NCBI GenBank assembly: GCA_000165425.1
Contig: CT868241.1
Span: forward strand, 1 to 64,000
From: Paramecium tetraurelia
Lineage: Eukaryota
Reading direction: 5' to 3'
Length of the DNA: 64,000 nt
This document shows, in pieces, positions 26,942-40,130 of this stretch (positions within the stretch are counted from its first letter, which is position 1; every line of letters starts with the position of its first letter). A program made the position numbers and the translations under genes. Below the pieces are notes generated by a model. It saw only the letters and a program-made list of their open reading frames with translations. It was not told the origin of the DNA and did no database searches.

Positions 26942-27635
26942 TCATTATAAAAGTTTACAATATTCATCATTTTCATTTAACTAAATTTAATTAGCAAGAT
27001 ATTATAAGCATTCTTGAAATAGTTATTCTGAAATATTAGTAATTTCTAAAATTTTCCCTTTTGTCAAGGGTTACTTTTCTATTAATTAGAGAATGCAAGA
27101 GGATTGATATTGAATCGATTTAGCTTTGATCAATTCTTATTGTTCTTAATTGTTATCTAATTAAGTTAAATATGAAATTGATTTGCGATATTCATAGGCT
27201 TTAATGCAATCAATCAAATGTAATGTGATAATATTAAAATTTTTGATTAATTCCATGTAAACACACTAAAACACAATTTCTTATTTGAATTATTTAGGAA
27301 TGATGACGCATCTGACATATGAGGGTTATTTAGGATTTTCTTGGATTAGTTTCTATGTTTATAATTTAGATTACATCTAGCCAATAGGGTTATTATTGTG
27401 TTAAGGGAGTAATGACTTAGATATTGCCTGTGCTATCTTCAATCAAAGCTTGGAATTCTTGTATTTCATTGATAATCAACAATTCAACAGAGAAGCCAAC
27501 AATTAAGATGGTGTTAATAGGATGGCCTTCATTAATCACGTAATCCAATTAAGTGTGTAATGTAGATTTCATTCCCTTTTTGATCATGCTGATAGTCATA
27601 GGCTAGATGGTTTAAGAGATGTTGAATCTGTCCAT
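26942..27635 (-). CDS. RPA32/STN1-like OB-fold + winged-helix protein (223 aa)
   Basis: IQPMTISMI..TILIVG..ALIEDSTGNIQV..SYVRCVI..NFNIITLHLIDCI follows the RPA32 OB-fold pattern; short helical C-terminus; one 22-nt intron restores frame. Confidence 0.7.
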
Positions 27636-27685
27636 TTGAGAAAATAATAAATTAGAAATAATTGTGTTTTTGTTTGTAATATTGT

Positions 27686-28851
27686 TCAAACTTTGACTTA
27701 TTAGGCAACTATAGTATAAGCTTATGTGATAATTTTGACTTCATTTTCTCTCCTGGCAGATCTCAAATTATAGTTAGACTAGACTATTTCCCTTTCATTT
27801 CTATATTATTAGAGTAAATCTAATGCGATAGGTAAGTCCTTTTATATTTGATTTCTGCTTTTAGTAGATAATGCCTATTTTGATAGTTGATATAACATTA
27901 CATTTTCTTCGTTTCTTCTCTTTAAGTTAACAAGTGTTCTTGAATAATTAGCACTGAGTCTTTCTCTAACTTCAGTGACTTCTTTAAGTGTGACTTCATA
28001 AGATTATGTAACTTTAACAGCATATTCATCAGCACCTGCATTTTCTTGTATTCTTTGGTCTCGAATGTTCTCAAGCAATTGGATAATCCTGGTAACGGTT
28101 GGTACATCGAATCTGATATAGGAGAGAGAGATACTTAGTGGTTACTGAGACAAGAGCTGTAATAGGATGGTTAGGTCCCAATGAATTAGCAAGTTGATCA
28201 ACATATTGTTTGGTGTGTTGTTATGAGAGCACAGTTGTTTTACTCTATTCAGCAAATACAGCCTATTATAGTTTTGCAATCATTTCATTCAATCCATCAA
28301 TTGATTTTATATTGTTTGTTGTTCTTTGCTAGAAATATTGAAGAGATATACTGAAATAGTTTCAATTTCCAATTTGTATTGGTTTCTGATGTCTTCTTCC
28401 TTGGAATTTAAAGTTGATAATTATTTTTCTTATGATTATTGAGTGCCAATTAGTTTACTAATGTCTTCATTTAAATCTGCAATTTATTGATTGAGTCTTT
28501 GCAATTCTTTAGCCAATTTTTCAGTTTAGATTTCCAAGATTTCAATTTCCACATTCAATTATCCAATTTTCTAATGAAATAAATGTGTTGTATATATACT
28601 TTGGCAAATTCTTGATCTTCCACAGTTTGATCTGCAATTAATTGATCTCTGATTCCTTTGATTTCTTTTAAGACTTCTTCAACGTAAGAACTCTATAACA
28701 TTTTGAGTTCAATTAAACCAGCAAGTTGCTTTGAAAATTCGTTTTTAAGTGCCATTTTGTCCATTTGTGCCATCACAACATCAACTTTAGATGACAACGA
28801 AGTCTGGAGAGTCAGAGTAATCAGCATTACTAGAAAAATGACTTATTTCAT
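27686..28851 (-). CDS. Trichocyst matrix protein-like secretory granule protein
   Basis: Signal peptide MKQVIFLVMLITLTLQT, LAGLIELKM..VEEVLKEIKGIRDQL..Q..ED coiled coils, RRENEVKII near the end; 3-4 short introns; ~350-360 aa. Confidence 0.75.
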
Positions 28852-28927
28852 TAAAAACGGTATAATAATAAAAATATAATAGAGTATTTGGCAAATGTAA
28901 ATGTGATCTATGATAGATATAAATAAA

Positions 28928-30685
28928 TCATTTAGATGAAAACAATTTGATTTATCCATCTGCACCCAGAGATGCAAATAGATTATAACTTCCATGATGA
29001 ACCAGATTGTGAATGTTCTCATCATATTTAGATTGATGTCCTTGAAGTTCCTATATGAATTATTATCTTCTTGTATCCCAAACTCTAATTACAATTCAAT
29101 TTATATAATTACTTAATAACATTGCCAGTTGCAATATAGATGTTTGTGTTGCTAAGATTAGTAATAGCTGAAGTAATTGGTTCATTTCCACAAATGATTT
29201 GTGAGATTAATTTTGCTAGTGTATAATTGAATAAAGATACATTATTGAAGATCAAAAATTCTTAATTTTCCATCATCATGTGATGAGATCAAACAGGATT
29301 GTTGAAATTGTGTCAACTAATTAATTTATGCTGATGCATTGTTTTCTTATAAGTATTTAATATTTTGAACATTTCTCCCATTTTCTGTATCAAAAATGGA
29401 CAGAATAGCAGAATTCATGAATCCGGATGCAAAGAGATTTGGGTTATGTTACAACCAGGCTATGGCTGTAGGTGAATCAACAAAATGACCATATTGATTT
29501 TTCTATCCGAATTAGTAGAGTTATTTAGGTTCACTTTGGGAATCTTAAATTGGCCATAATTTGATTAGAGAATCGGCAGCAGAAGACAACAATAAGTTTT
29601 ATTGGGAATTCACCTTTAATTACCAAATTGCATCTTGATGAGCTTGCCAAGTCATTCTGCATTATTAGAATTCTTCTGTTTATCCTAATTAATCACATTC
29701 ATCTGGCAATGGGAAATACCACATCTTAATTGCTCCTTCAGCTCCTGCACTAAAAATAGCATTCTAGATTCCTTTCTGTCTTTATTCAATTCCTGCAATT
29801 GCAAACAAAGGTCCTGTATGATCTCTCAATGTCAAATATGGTTCAATCTAATTCTACTGTTATTAGTAATTTTGATAGTCCCACAATTTCAATTGACAAT
29901 CTTCTGAGACTGTTGCTAAAATAGTCATATTGTTGAAGAAGTAAGCATCACGTACACCATCTAGATGATGTCTCAATGTATTCTATAATTAAACAGGATC
30001 TTTTGAAACTATCTATGGTTGCTCTTCATTAATATTTTATGATTTGCTTCTGCTATGGGTTGGAAATCCGCTGGTACTATTCATGTTAGTGGGACTCTGT
30101 CGACCTGAATTTTAGACAATAGATGTCACATTCTAATTAGGTGTTAACATCACTGATGGTCTGTTTGAGTGTTCTATTTTAGGAGAACTTGGAGGGGAGA
30201 ATATTGATTACAACCCTACTTCTTAGATTATTCTAAGGCATAACAAATATGTGTATACTTTTGTAATAAGGGTCGATAAGGTTTGGCCTTTCTCTTTGGA
30301 ATGGTTTAGTAATTTTGTATTTAACTCTGATTCTCTATGTTCTCCTTGAGTAATTGATTCAAATAATCAGGCACTTATCCGTTCTATTGGTATTTCAATC
30401 TTTCTTATCGCAATGCTACTTCCAGCATTTTACATCTTTTGCCCAAATCAGTTATTACTCTCTCTTGTGCTTTGACTACTCCTTCCAACTCATTAATTTT
30501 CTACTGCATTTGTGATTTCTCCAAGGCCCATTCACAATCCTTGTATTAAACTTGTTTATGCTATTCATGTAAAAATTCCAATACTCCTACCCAATTGTAT
30601 TGTGTCTTGATATATTGATTTAACTTACATTTTATTGAGCATTCTTCTGTATCAAAGTGCTTATCGAAACGGACTCTGATGACAT
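28928..30685 (-). CDS. STRN: Striatin family WD40 protein (STRIPAK scaffold)
   Basis: YNWVGVLEFLHEQH..EWALEKSQMQQKINELEG..DLGKRCKMLEVALRQERLKY; LRHHLDGVRD, LRDHTGPLFA, AHQDAIW, GHQSKYDENIH..FASLGADGQIKLF. Confidence 0.9.
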
Positions 30686-30731
30686 TATTATTATTATTAT
30701 TCAAATTTAAATTATTGCTTTAAATTACAAA

Positions 30732-31028
30732 ATGCTAGTTAATTATTCTGATAGTGAGGATGATTAAAAATAAAATGACAATCCTGTGGTCAACAATATT
30801 CCACCACAAGAATAGATTAAGCCAACCAAACTTATACCAATTGAGCCTTCCATTGTGAAAAAGAGAAAACCAAATCCAAAGGAATGCAAAATACCTGATG
30901 TCTTCTTGAAATCAGATGGAAAGATCGATTAAGAAATAAATTAATAAGTAGGTTAACAATAAAGTTAAGGAAATAAATTCATTCCCAGATAACTATTATG
31001 CAAAAAAAGCAATGTTTCCATTGAATGA
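30732..31028 (+). CDS. Small (98 aa) uncharacterised protein, MLVNYSDSEDD...FIPRQL..KSNVSIE*
   Basis: Clean ATG..TGA frame between AT-only spacers; motif-like termini. Confidence 0.7.
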
Positions 31029-31055
31029 TAGCATATTTATTAATATTTAATAATA

Positions 31056-32795
31056 ATGAATAAATTAGAAATATTAAATAGTCCTAGATTAACCACTTAA
31101 ACAGAGCATGTGAAAAGATCATTCTATAGCAAAAATGAGAAGAATTAAGAGACTTCCTGGTATCATCCAAGAACTTAAAAAAACGATGGTACATGCAGTC
31201 CATCTAATCTGCAAAATGAGACGATGTTAGAATAGATTAGAAGATTGAAGGACAAGATTAAATTGCAATAGAAGGAGATCGAAAGATTGTCATGCATCAA
31301 CGAATATTTAATATAGGCAAATCAAGCCAAACTCAATATATTATAATCAGAAAGATAGTTTCATTCAAAAAAAGTTACAATTAAATTAGGCCATAATAAG
31401 ACACTGAGTGAAAAGAAGAATTATCTAAATAAATTCTTAGATGATACATCCTAACAAAGTCCAAGTATCAAGCGAAGAATCTATCGGAATCCAACATTGG
31501 CACGTCTACATTTAGAGTAAGAGAGTGAATAATAGAAGAATGAAAAGCAGACTTAAAAGGCATCCACTTTTTATGATACTTTGTAATAGGAGGATTGCTT
31601 TAGAACTAATGCAATTCTAAATATCTAATTGTCTGATGAAGATGCTCTGTAATAATATAAATAAGATGGAACTGTATCCTTAATGAGAGAATTATTAGAT
31701 AACGAAGATTCATTTGGTGATATCATCCAAAACATGTCTGCTTAGAAGTTGTCATTTCTTTATGATAAATTTAAACGAATAATGTCGGATCATCATCAAT
31801 TGTTCATCCTTATATTGAGATTAAAGAAAATCGTTATGGGAGCTCTCCAAATGAACTCATCGATCTTATTAGATGATGCTTTGTAAACAATAATAAATAA
31901 GTGTGTGGATTGTTTGGAATGCGATAGGGCATCATGTTTTATAGTTGATGAAAGCAAGAAGGAATTGTGGACTAAAGTGGCCAAAGGAACATCAACCACT
32001 ATTCGTTTATAAGTAGGTCAAGGTATTGCTGGGTTTGTGGCATAATCCAAAAGTATTTTGAACATAGAAGATGCTTATAGAGATCAGAGATTCAACTCAC
32101 AATAAGATATCAAAAATAATTATAAGACCAAAACATTATTGGTATGTCCAATCATGGAAAATGACAAATGTGTTGGAGTGCTACAATGTGTTAACAAATA
32201 AAGTGGATATTTCACAAAGGATGATGAAGCCTTATTACAAATAATGTGTGAATTCTCAAGGTCTGTTCTCAAAAATGCCATGAATCATGATGCTCAAATG
32301 TTAATTCAAAATAAATTGAGACATCTCATTAAAACTGGTGTATTGCTACAATCCAAATAGAATGAAGTTCACACATTAATTCAATAAGCTGAAGAGAGAT
32401 TGAGATCACTCATGAATGTAGATTTTGGCAAAATAATTTACAACGATATGCAAACCAATAAAGTCATCCACATCAATAAGGAAGGCAAATTAGATGAATG
32501 TGATAACTCACTTGGGATTATGGGCAATTGCATTCAAAGTTAATCCATTTTAGCCATTAGTAATTGCTATATCAACCCTCTTTTCAATCCTAACATTGAC
32601 ATTGAAACAAACATGCCAATTATTTGTATGCCTCTGAAATACAGCAATCAGATCATTGGAGCACTATAGGTTGTCAATGTTAAAGGCATCGGAGGTAGTG
32701 ATTCCAAAGTCAATTCTATAGATCTAGAAATGTTAGAATTATTTTGTCTATAAACTACTTAATGTTTGATATAAATGAGAAGCAATAAAAATTGA
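31056..32795 (+). CDS. Tandem GAF-domain protein without catalytic domain (579 aa)
   Basis: CDRASCFIVD..ELW..GQGIAGFVA..LNIEDAYRDQRFN..D..NYKTKTLLVCPI..VGVLQCVNK..FTKDDE; second GAF ..FNPNID..PIICMPL..IIGALQVVN; intronless frame. Confidence 0.88.
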
Positions 32796-32831
32796 ATATT
32801 TATAAATTATTATCATTTCCAACATACACCC

Positions 32832-34472
32832 ATGGAGAAGTAATTATTGCATAAATACATCTTAATATAGTTAACAAGAACAGCAGATTACATTCTAGGA
32901 TTATATCATAAACTCATTGGGGCAGATTATTCAAAGTGACCTCTTGGCATACTAGAAATGTAATTCTATCATCTCTAAGTAATTAATAATTGCATGAAAT
33001 TAGTTAATTTTCAACTTGGCTTTATTATGAATTGATCTCCACTATCAACTTGAATAGTAATATCTTTAATAGAAATCCAACTCCATAGTATTTATTTTAT
33101 AAATATAAGACTTATATTTCTATGTTCAGAGCTATTCGAGAATGCTAACTAGGAGTTCATCGATTACTTATTTGACCTTGTCGAAGGTTTGAGTGAAGAC
33201 TAGGCAGAAACGAAGCGTGGCTTATTTCGCTACTTAATTAGTGTTGTGGAATAAGACTTTATTGCAGAAACAACGTGTGGGTATTTTTATAAAGTGATGA
33301 ATTCGATCATCTAAAAAAGAGGTGCAGATGTTTGCAACTTTTTGGAAAATGATTAAAGGATAATATCCTCATTTTTAAAGCATGTAGACTAACCTCACAT
33401 CTGCAGAATTATCACAGAATTGATTCTGTTTGCCAATTAACCCTCCAAGATTTTAGACTACTCTTATCTAGCCTAATAAATTTCCGATAGACTATTCAAG
33501 ATAATGGAAAGGAAATCACATCAAATCACAATTGTTGATAATATTTGTGAAATATTTGTAGAAATACTAACAAGAAAATCACAAAATCCAAATTTGGATA
33601 TCCAAAAACTCATATCAATAAAACCAAGTTAGTTATTTTAAATAGCAGTTTAATCAAATTCAGAAGGACCTCATAGTCTCTTAATTCTGCTTTTGGAATA
33701 TGCAAAAAATAACCAACAAGATCATGTGGATTCTTTCATTGATATTTCACATTTGATACCTTTAGAGTTTGAGAAAACCTATTTAACAAATATACAATAA
33801 GATAGATATTTTAATAAACTATTTGGCAGAAAAAATATGAAATTATTATTTCTTACTTCGTAATTGATTTAGTAAAATATATCTTTAACAATTTAGATTA
33901 AATAATAAATCAATTAATTCTAAATTAATAGATAATGGACTTGTCAATGTACTAGTCAACACAATATAAGAATTTCCGATTCACAATCAGCTTCATTTCA
34001 CAGCATTTGAGATATTCGAAAAACTTATAGAGAGCGAGCAAATCGATAACATCTTAGATGTAACTTATCATTTTTATTTAGATGATTGATTCCTTATGCA
34101 ATTTTATTGTCACCTAACTAAATTAAACACAAAACTATGTTGGATATAGAGCATTCTTGAGTAAATTAGCTAATTATTTGATTAATAAACAACATATTCC
34201 TGCGATTCAAAAAGCGTTGAAAAATAACTAATATTGGGAGGGATTTGTTCAAACAAGGTTAAAAGATATCAATTAAGTAGAATTGAATTTCCTTTTTAAT
34301 ATTAATCCAAGATGTAAAATTTTGACATGATTTCTTAGAAACCTCTAGTGAATAATCTGGCAATATACAATAGGATGGGAATTAATAGGGGATATGGGCA
34401 GAAACCTCATCATAAGAATAAATTTCACAAGAAAATTAATACTAGGATGAATAATTAAAATAATAGGAATGA
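32832..34472 (+). CDS. SIT4/PP6 phosphatase-associated (SAPS) family protein
   Basis: TTCGYFYKVMNSIIQKR..FLKHVDQPHI, LFGRKNMKLL, YVGYRAFLSKLANYL..YWEGFVQTRLKDINQVE; several short introns, exact 5' structure tentative. Confidence 0.75.
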
Positions 34473-34508
34473 CCAATCACATATATATCTATCTTAATTA
34501 TTTATATT

Positions 34509-36273
34509 TCAAAATTAATCATCTAAATATTGCTTATACTATTCTTTAGTTAAACCAATATCTTTTGAAATCAGATCTTTGAAGGCATTATAATTAGGTG
34601 GTTGAGGGCCTAATAAGGATTAAATGTTGTAATATCCCTTTAATAGTTTCGAAGTGATAAACATAAACTTTAGATGTGTTTCTCCATAGGTTTTAATCTG
34701 TTCGTAATCAAAACATTTAGGTATGAATTAGTTTTTTAATACTCTACAATATTCTTGAATATAAAATATTCTATCCAACTTAGCCTCTATTTTAAATTCT
34801 ATATCGCATTTGTTAGCCTATTGATACTTTTATATATATTCAATTATTTATTCTATAGTTATGGTTTGTTCAAATTGCATAATAGCCAGATTCAAACATA
34901 AATCGCAATAATTTCTGTATATCGGAATCACAATTTAACTTTCACAACTATTTTAAATAATTTAAATATATTACCATTTTTCAATGAACAACAGTCTATA
35001 TTATTAAATCCAATCTTGCACACTCTTTTAAGGTAGGATCATTACTATCTTTGGAGGATTAAATGTGATAGAAGCCATCTTGACAGGAAGCATAATAGCG
35101 CTATCTCTATTGTACATAGTTCCAAGTCTTAATCCATACCATGAACTGAGCGACGGGAAATCAATTCTTTCGACAGGAGAATAAGTAATCATTCTTTCGA
35201 TCAATTAGCAAGTACTTGGAGATATATTAAACTGAGGAGGGATCTTAAAAGGAGTAATCTTTAATCTTTAAATAAAGTCATTAATCCCAGACATTGATAA
35301 TTCAAAAGGATATGTACCAGTTAAAAGATGATAAAATAGAATTCCAAACTATTAAATTATATATTATCTATACTGAATAAATATCGACTTTGTGTAGCAA
35401 CTTTACTTTTTTCTCTTTGTCATCAAATGTTCCTTTGAATGGAGCATTCTAAAAATTAGTTAATATTTTAACCTATTGCATAGTACCCTATTGCATAATG
35501 CTGCCTTGCATCATGTTGCCTTGCATCATGTTACCTTGCATCATGTTGCCTTGCATAGTGCTGCCTTGTAGGGGTGAAGGATTAGTTGAAAATCTTGGTT
35601 GATTTCCTTGAATATACAATATATCAGCTAAATAACAATGAAATTTAATCATACATGGGGAGTATTCATAGTTTCCTTATAATTCAGGTGCTTTAAATAC
35701 AGGTGTTCCATTCTTTGTGATATTTAACAAATTCTAATCTGATTAATAAATCTTGCCGACTCCGAAATCAGCAATCTAAAGATACTTTTGATCATTACTT
35801 TGTATTTTCCTTATGAAGTCAATATATTGGCTGGTTTTATATCTCTATGGATGACCTGACTTTGATAAAGTACTCTATATCCATTAAATAATTGTTTCAT
35901 TATTTCAATGGCCTCTTGTTCTGTATATCTCCGTTGTTAACCTCTACTTTTAATTTCCTTTTCTAAGTCTGAATCACATTTTTCCATGATTATAACAAAG
36001 AATCCTTTATCTGGAACGAAGTTACTATAATACACATTAACTATATTCTCATTTTGCTTGTTTTTCATAAAATTCAGAATATCTAACTCTTTCTAGACAT
36101 TTTAAGAATTTCCGTTCACAATCTAAATATTAATTCATAAATCATACTTTAGCACAATACTATTTAGTATCATTTTTTCTGTTTGCAGCAAAGACTTTAC
36201 CACATGCTCCTTAACCCAGCAAGGCACAAAAATCGATATAAAAGTCCTCAATATATGCAATCTATTCGTTCAT
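34509..36273 (-). CDS. Ser/Thr protein kinase with low-complexity insert
   Basis: LGQGACGKV, YCAK, IHRDIKPANIL, IADFGVGK, GTPVFKAPE, KVDIYSFGILFY; six or more 22-27 nt introns. Confidence 0.9.
35474..35570 (-). repeat. 15-bp tandem repeat (~6 copies) encoding (MQGNM)n-like peptide
   Basis: ccttgcatcatgttg units on + strand; reads QGSTMQGNMMQGNMMQGNMMQGSIMQQGTMQQ on - strand. Confidence 0.9.
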
Positions 36274-37147
36274 AATGCTTATTTCTATTAATTAATTAAT
36301 TTTAATCAAAATTCATTCCAACTTATAAATTACTAGGTTTTGATGATATATTTAGATATTATTTGACTAACTTTCATTTCATTTGATTTCCTTATTTAAT
36401 TTAATCAACTCCCTTCTTATTTAGTGTTTCTAAGAAAACTAGTTTGAGATTTTTCTAATTTTTAATGAAATATAAACGAAAATCAATTCATTTTATTCTT
36501 AAAATCCTCTTATCATTATACATATATTAACCCTTAAGCAATCCTCAAAAAAACAATCTTATATTCTATTAAAACAACCATCCTTAATTCAAGAATTGAT
36601 AACCCATTTATATCTATAAATATTTAATAAAAGATAGCAAAATGCATCATCAGATTTAAAATAATATATAATATTTAAGATCTGATTTAATTTATTTTTT
36701 TGTATTTAATTATTTAAAGGATAGTTAAAATTAAAATAAGTTCGATGAATTTTTTTAAAATTCTATTATTACCACATAACAATATTTTGACTTTTTTAAT
36801 TACAAAAAGAATAAACTCTAATTATTTTTATCAAATCATTAAAGTTACTTTGTCTGGCCTTAATGGAATATCTCTTCTATAAGTTTTAGAAATTTATTCA
36901 AGAAATATCATTATTTTCAGAAATTGTTGTTTAGATTGATTCTTGTTTTCTCAATTTTCCTAAAAGTTTCACCTTTAAGATTTAGGAATAATTTATTTAT
37001 TTTTACAAATATTAACAAGAGTAGTTTTATGTTTTTAATGGTTATTATATTTAATAGCAGTGAATTTTATTTATTAAACATTGTAAATCTATTAAACTAA
37101 ATTGTAATAAAAAACACAAAATTTATCATAATAACTCAGTAGATTTA

Positions 37148-39574
37148 TCACATGTGCTTTTCAATAGATTAACTAATGAATAAGTTTTTAATTTGTAATT
37201 CGTCACTTAATTTCAAAAATAGTTCCTTCACATCCTTCAAAAAGATGGGTTTACTTATAACATGCGTCATTCCAGCATTAATGCACTTCAAATGAGTTTC
37301 ATAATCATCATGTGCAGTACATCCAATTATGTTTATATAATCTATTTACTTTTATTCCATCATTTTTATCAAGATTTCTGTTGTCTAGAATAAAATATAA
37401 TTGTACTTAAAGTCCTCCTAAAATTGGCATATCCAAATCCATGAATATCAATTGAATTCTAGACTTCTTTTTCATAACTATGTCTAAACATTGTTGGCCA
37501 TTGTAAGCTGTAACAAACCTATTGAGTCCTAACTTTTTGAGCATCAAACATAATATGTCATGATTGAAGGGTTCATCATCAACAATCAATATTTCTTATT
37601 CATTCTCCAAATCTATAGATTCACAAAGAACTCCTTTTTTCAATAAATAGAACTGGTTTTCATCTGCCCTTTGGGTAAGTGATATGCTTGGTTATCTATG
37701 GGAGTATCTGTTCTTAAATTGTTACAATTCATTTTTGTTCTGATTTAATGGCATTTATGGTGATGGTTCTATTATTATTGAACTTGAATAACTGCATATT
37801 GAACCATTATCTTGTTCTATATTTTGCAGACCTTTTACTGATTTACTAGTTTTTGAATTCTAAATGATTTTTTATGAACTTGAAAACTGATTCTAAATTT
37901 TAGTACTAATAAAGAATTCAAAAGCAGCTCCTTGTTAAGAACTGTTTAATTGTAGGCTTGAATGTTAATCACTCAAAGCAGAGATTAGATGATTTGTAAT
38001 TTGTAAAGATATTCCGAATTTTACATGGATTTTAAAATGATGATACTTATCTTAATGGTGATTTTGTACTAAGTGAAATTTATTTTGTAAAAGTGCTTAT
38101 TAATTTATAAACTTGATTTAGTCTTAAGTGAATCCTTCACCATTATCAGAAACTCTAAAAAATGCTTTTGATTCCTATTCATCAATCGAGATATCTATGC
38201 TTATTGTATTGTTCGACGGAGAGTATCTATAACTATTATTGAGTAAATTGATTAATATTCTTTCTAATTTTTATTAATCTGTATAAATGTAAATTGGCTT
38301 TTAGTTTTTGATATCAACATTATTAAGATTATATTAGAGCTTTATCTATTTTGTTTTGCATTACTACTCTAACAACTCATTTACACTCAATAGTAATTTT
38401 ACCAAATTGGTTTTTGTAACTTGTAATGCTAATTATGTGGAATCCTAGTAGAGATAATCCAATAGATCTTGTATTTAATATAATTAAAGTTTAGAATTTA
38501 GCATAGCAGGAATCAAATATAATTATTTAAATTAATCAGATACTGATATATCATTTATTGATTAATTTAAATAGCCAAATGTTGCATTTAAAGGTGTTTT
38601 TAATTTATTAGTGAAGATGGAAGCTAATTATTATTTAAACTAAGTTAATTTATTTTATTGTTTTATCAAATAGACTTAGTCAAGTTTGATGAAAGCAACA
38701 ATAATATAATTGGAAATACTTTAAGATATAATAAGTTTGTATTTGGTTTTCTGTCCAGTTTTATAATCGTATTCATTGGCTATGATCAATTACTCACTAA
38801 TCTTAGTATCATTCAAGTATTATTTAATTAAGTCTTTGATATTGGTGTATGTTTGATCTTTTTAAGTGGAAGATTGAAGTGAATCACCCGATAAACTAAT
38901 ATTATCATAAAATTTATAGGTTTTGAAATTAATCTATTTATTTTAAGGTTGGTTATTTGCAAAATTATCATTACTTTTTGATTGTCTTGTAGTGTAAATT
39001 GAAGGAGATGAAAAATGATCAACATTTTATGGTTTGGAAAGTATATTTGGAGTTAGATCATTTAGTTAATCGTCATAGATTTTAATTACACAGTCTTCAA
39101 TAAGTATATCAAGTATGAGTTATCTAGCCTTGTGTCCAATTTTAGTGGACATAAGAAGGTTATAAAATTCGAATAAAATAATGAGTAAAATTGTTATCTT
39201 AGAGTGCAACTCAGTTTAGGTAAATAAGGAGTCAGGGTTTATCAAATCCAAGGTCGCAGTAAATAGGTATAATAAAAATATAAAAAACTTTGTCTGATTT
39301 GTGAGTTTAAAGTTGCCGACTAAAGGGTAGAGATACCATAGTTAGTGCAGTCCAAAAAATAAGCAGTTTTAAACAAAATGTATTATAACCAAAAAGCAAA
39401 GTTGTTTTTTAGTTTTGTTCTGATAGATTAAACAAACTAATGTTATCATAAGACTATACTTATATTTAAGATAAATAGAATGCTTCTGGAGTACAGTTAA
39501 TTATATTGCTATTCAATTGTGGCGAAAGTGATGTCTTTAATGTCTAGTGATATAAGAATTATAAATAAAATCAT
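37148..39574 (-). CDS. Membrane hybrid histidine kinase/response regulator (H-box His replaced by Asn)
   Basis: FTNKLKTPLNA (H-box), LERILINLLNNS (N), VSDNGEGF (G1), receiver ILIVDDEPFN..IFMDLDMP..GCTAH..ISKP; hydrophobic N-terminus; start codon uncertain. Confidence 0.85.
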
Positions 39575-40130
39575 GAAAGTAATTTTATAAATATATATTC
39601 ATCTCATTAAAATTAGAAGGGGAACATTACACTTTCTAAAAGAAAGATTTCAACAAAATAGTGCCATTATTGCTCTCATGTATTTTCTATGAGTCTTGTA
39701 TTTCTAGAGTTTAATAAAATTTCTTTTATACTAAATCTGTAATCTAAAAAACATATGATTTCAAACTAATTTAGTAAGATAAATTATTTATTATAAATAG
39801 ATTGTTCATTTTAAGAGGTTATATTTAAAAGTAAAAATGTCTTATTCCCACTAATTTTATATATAATATCGATATTAGAATTGTAATAAAATGATTAATT
39901 AAATAACAAATTCTTCAGATAAAGTGAGTTATTAATTTTTAATTAGAATTTTAAACAATAATTGTATTTATGAATCTTATTATTTACTATTAATTCGTAA
40001 TTTTTGATAACTACAATTCAGGTATTAGTTTAATACTAAAAATCTTGAAAATTTTAGATAGAATAATCAATTTTTTTCTAAGCATATTTTAATAAATAAT
40101 TTGATTAAATATCTTCATTTAATTTGTTGA

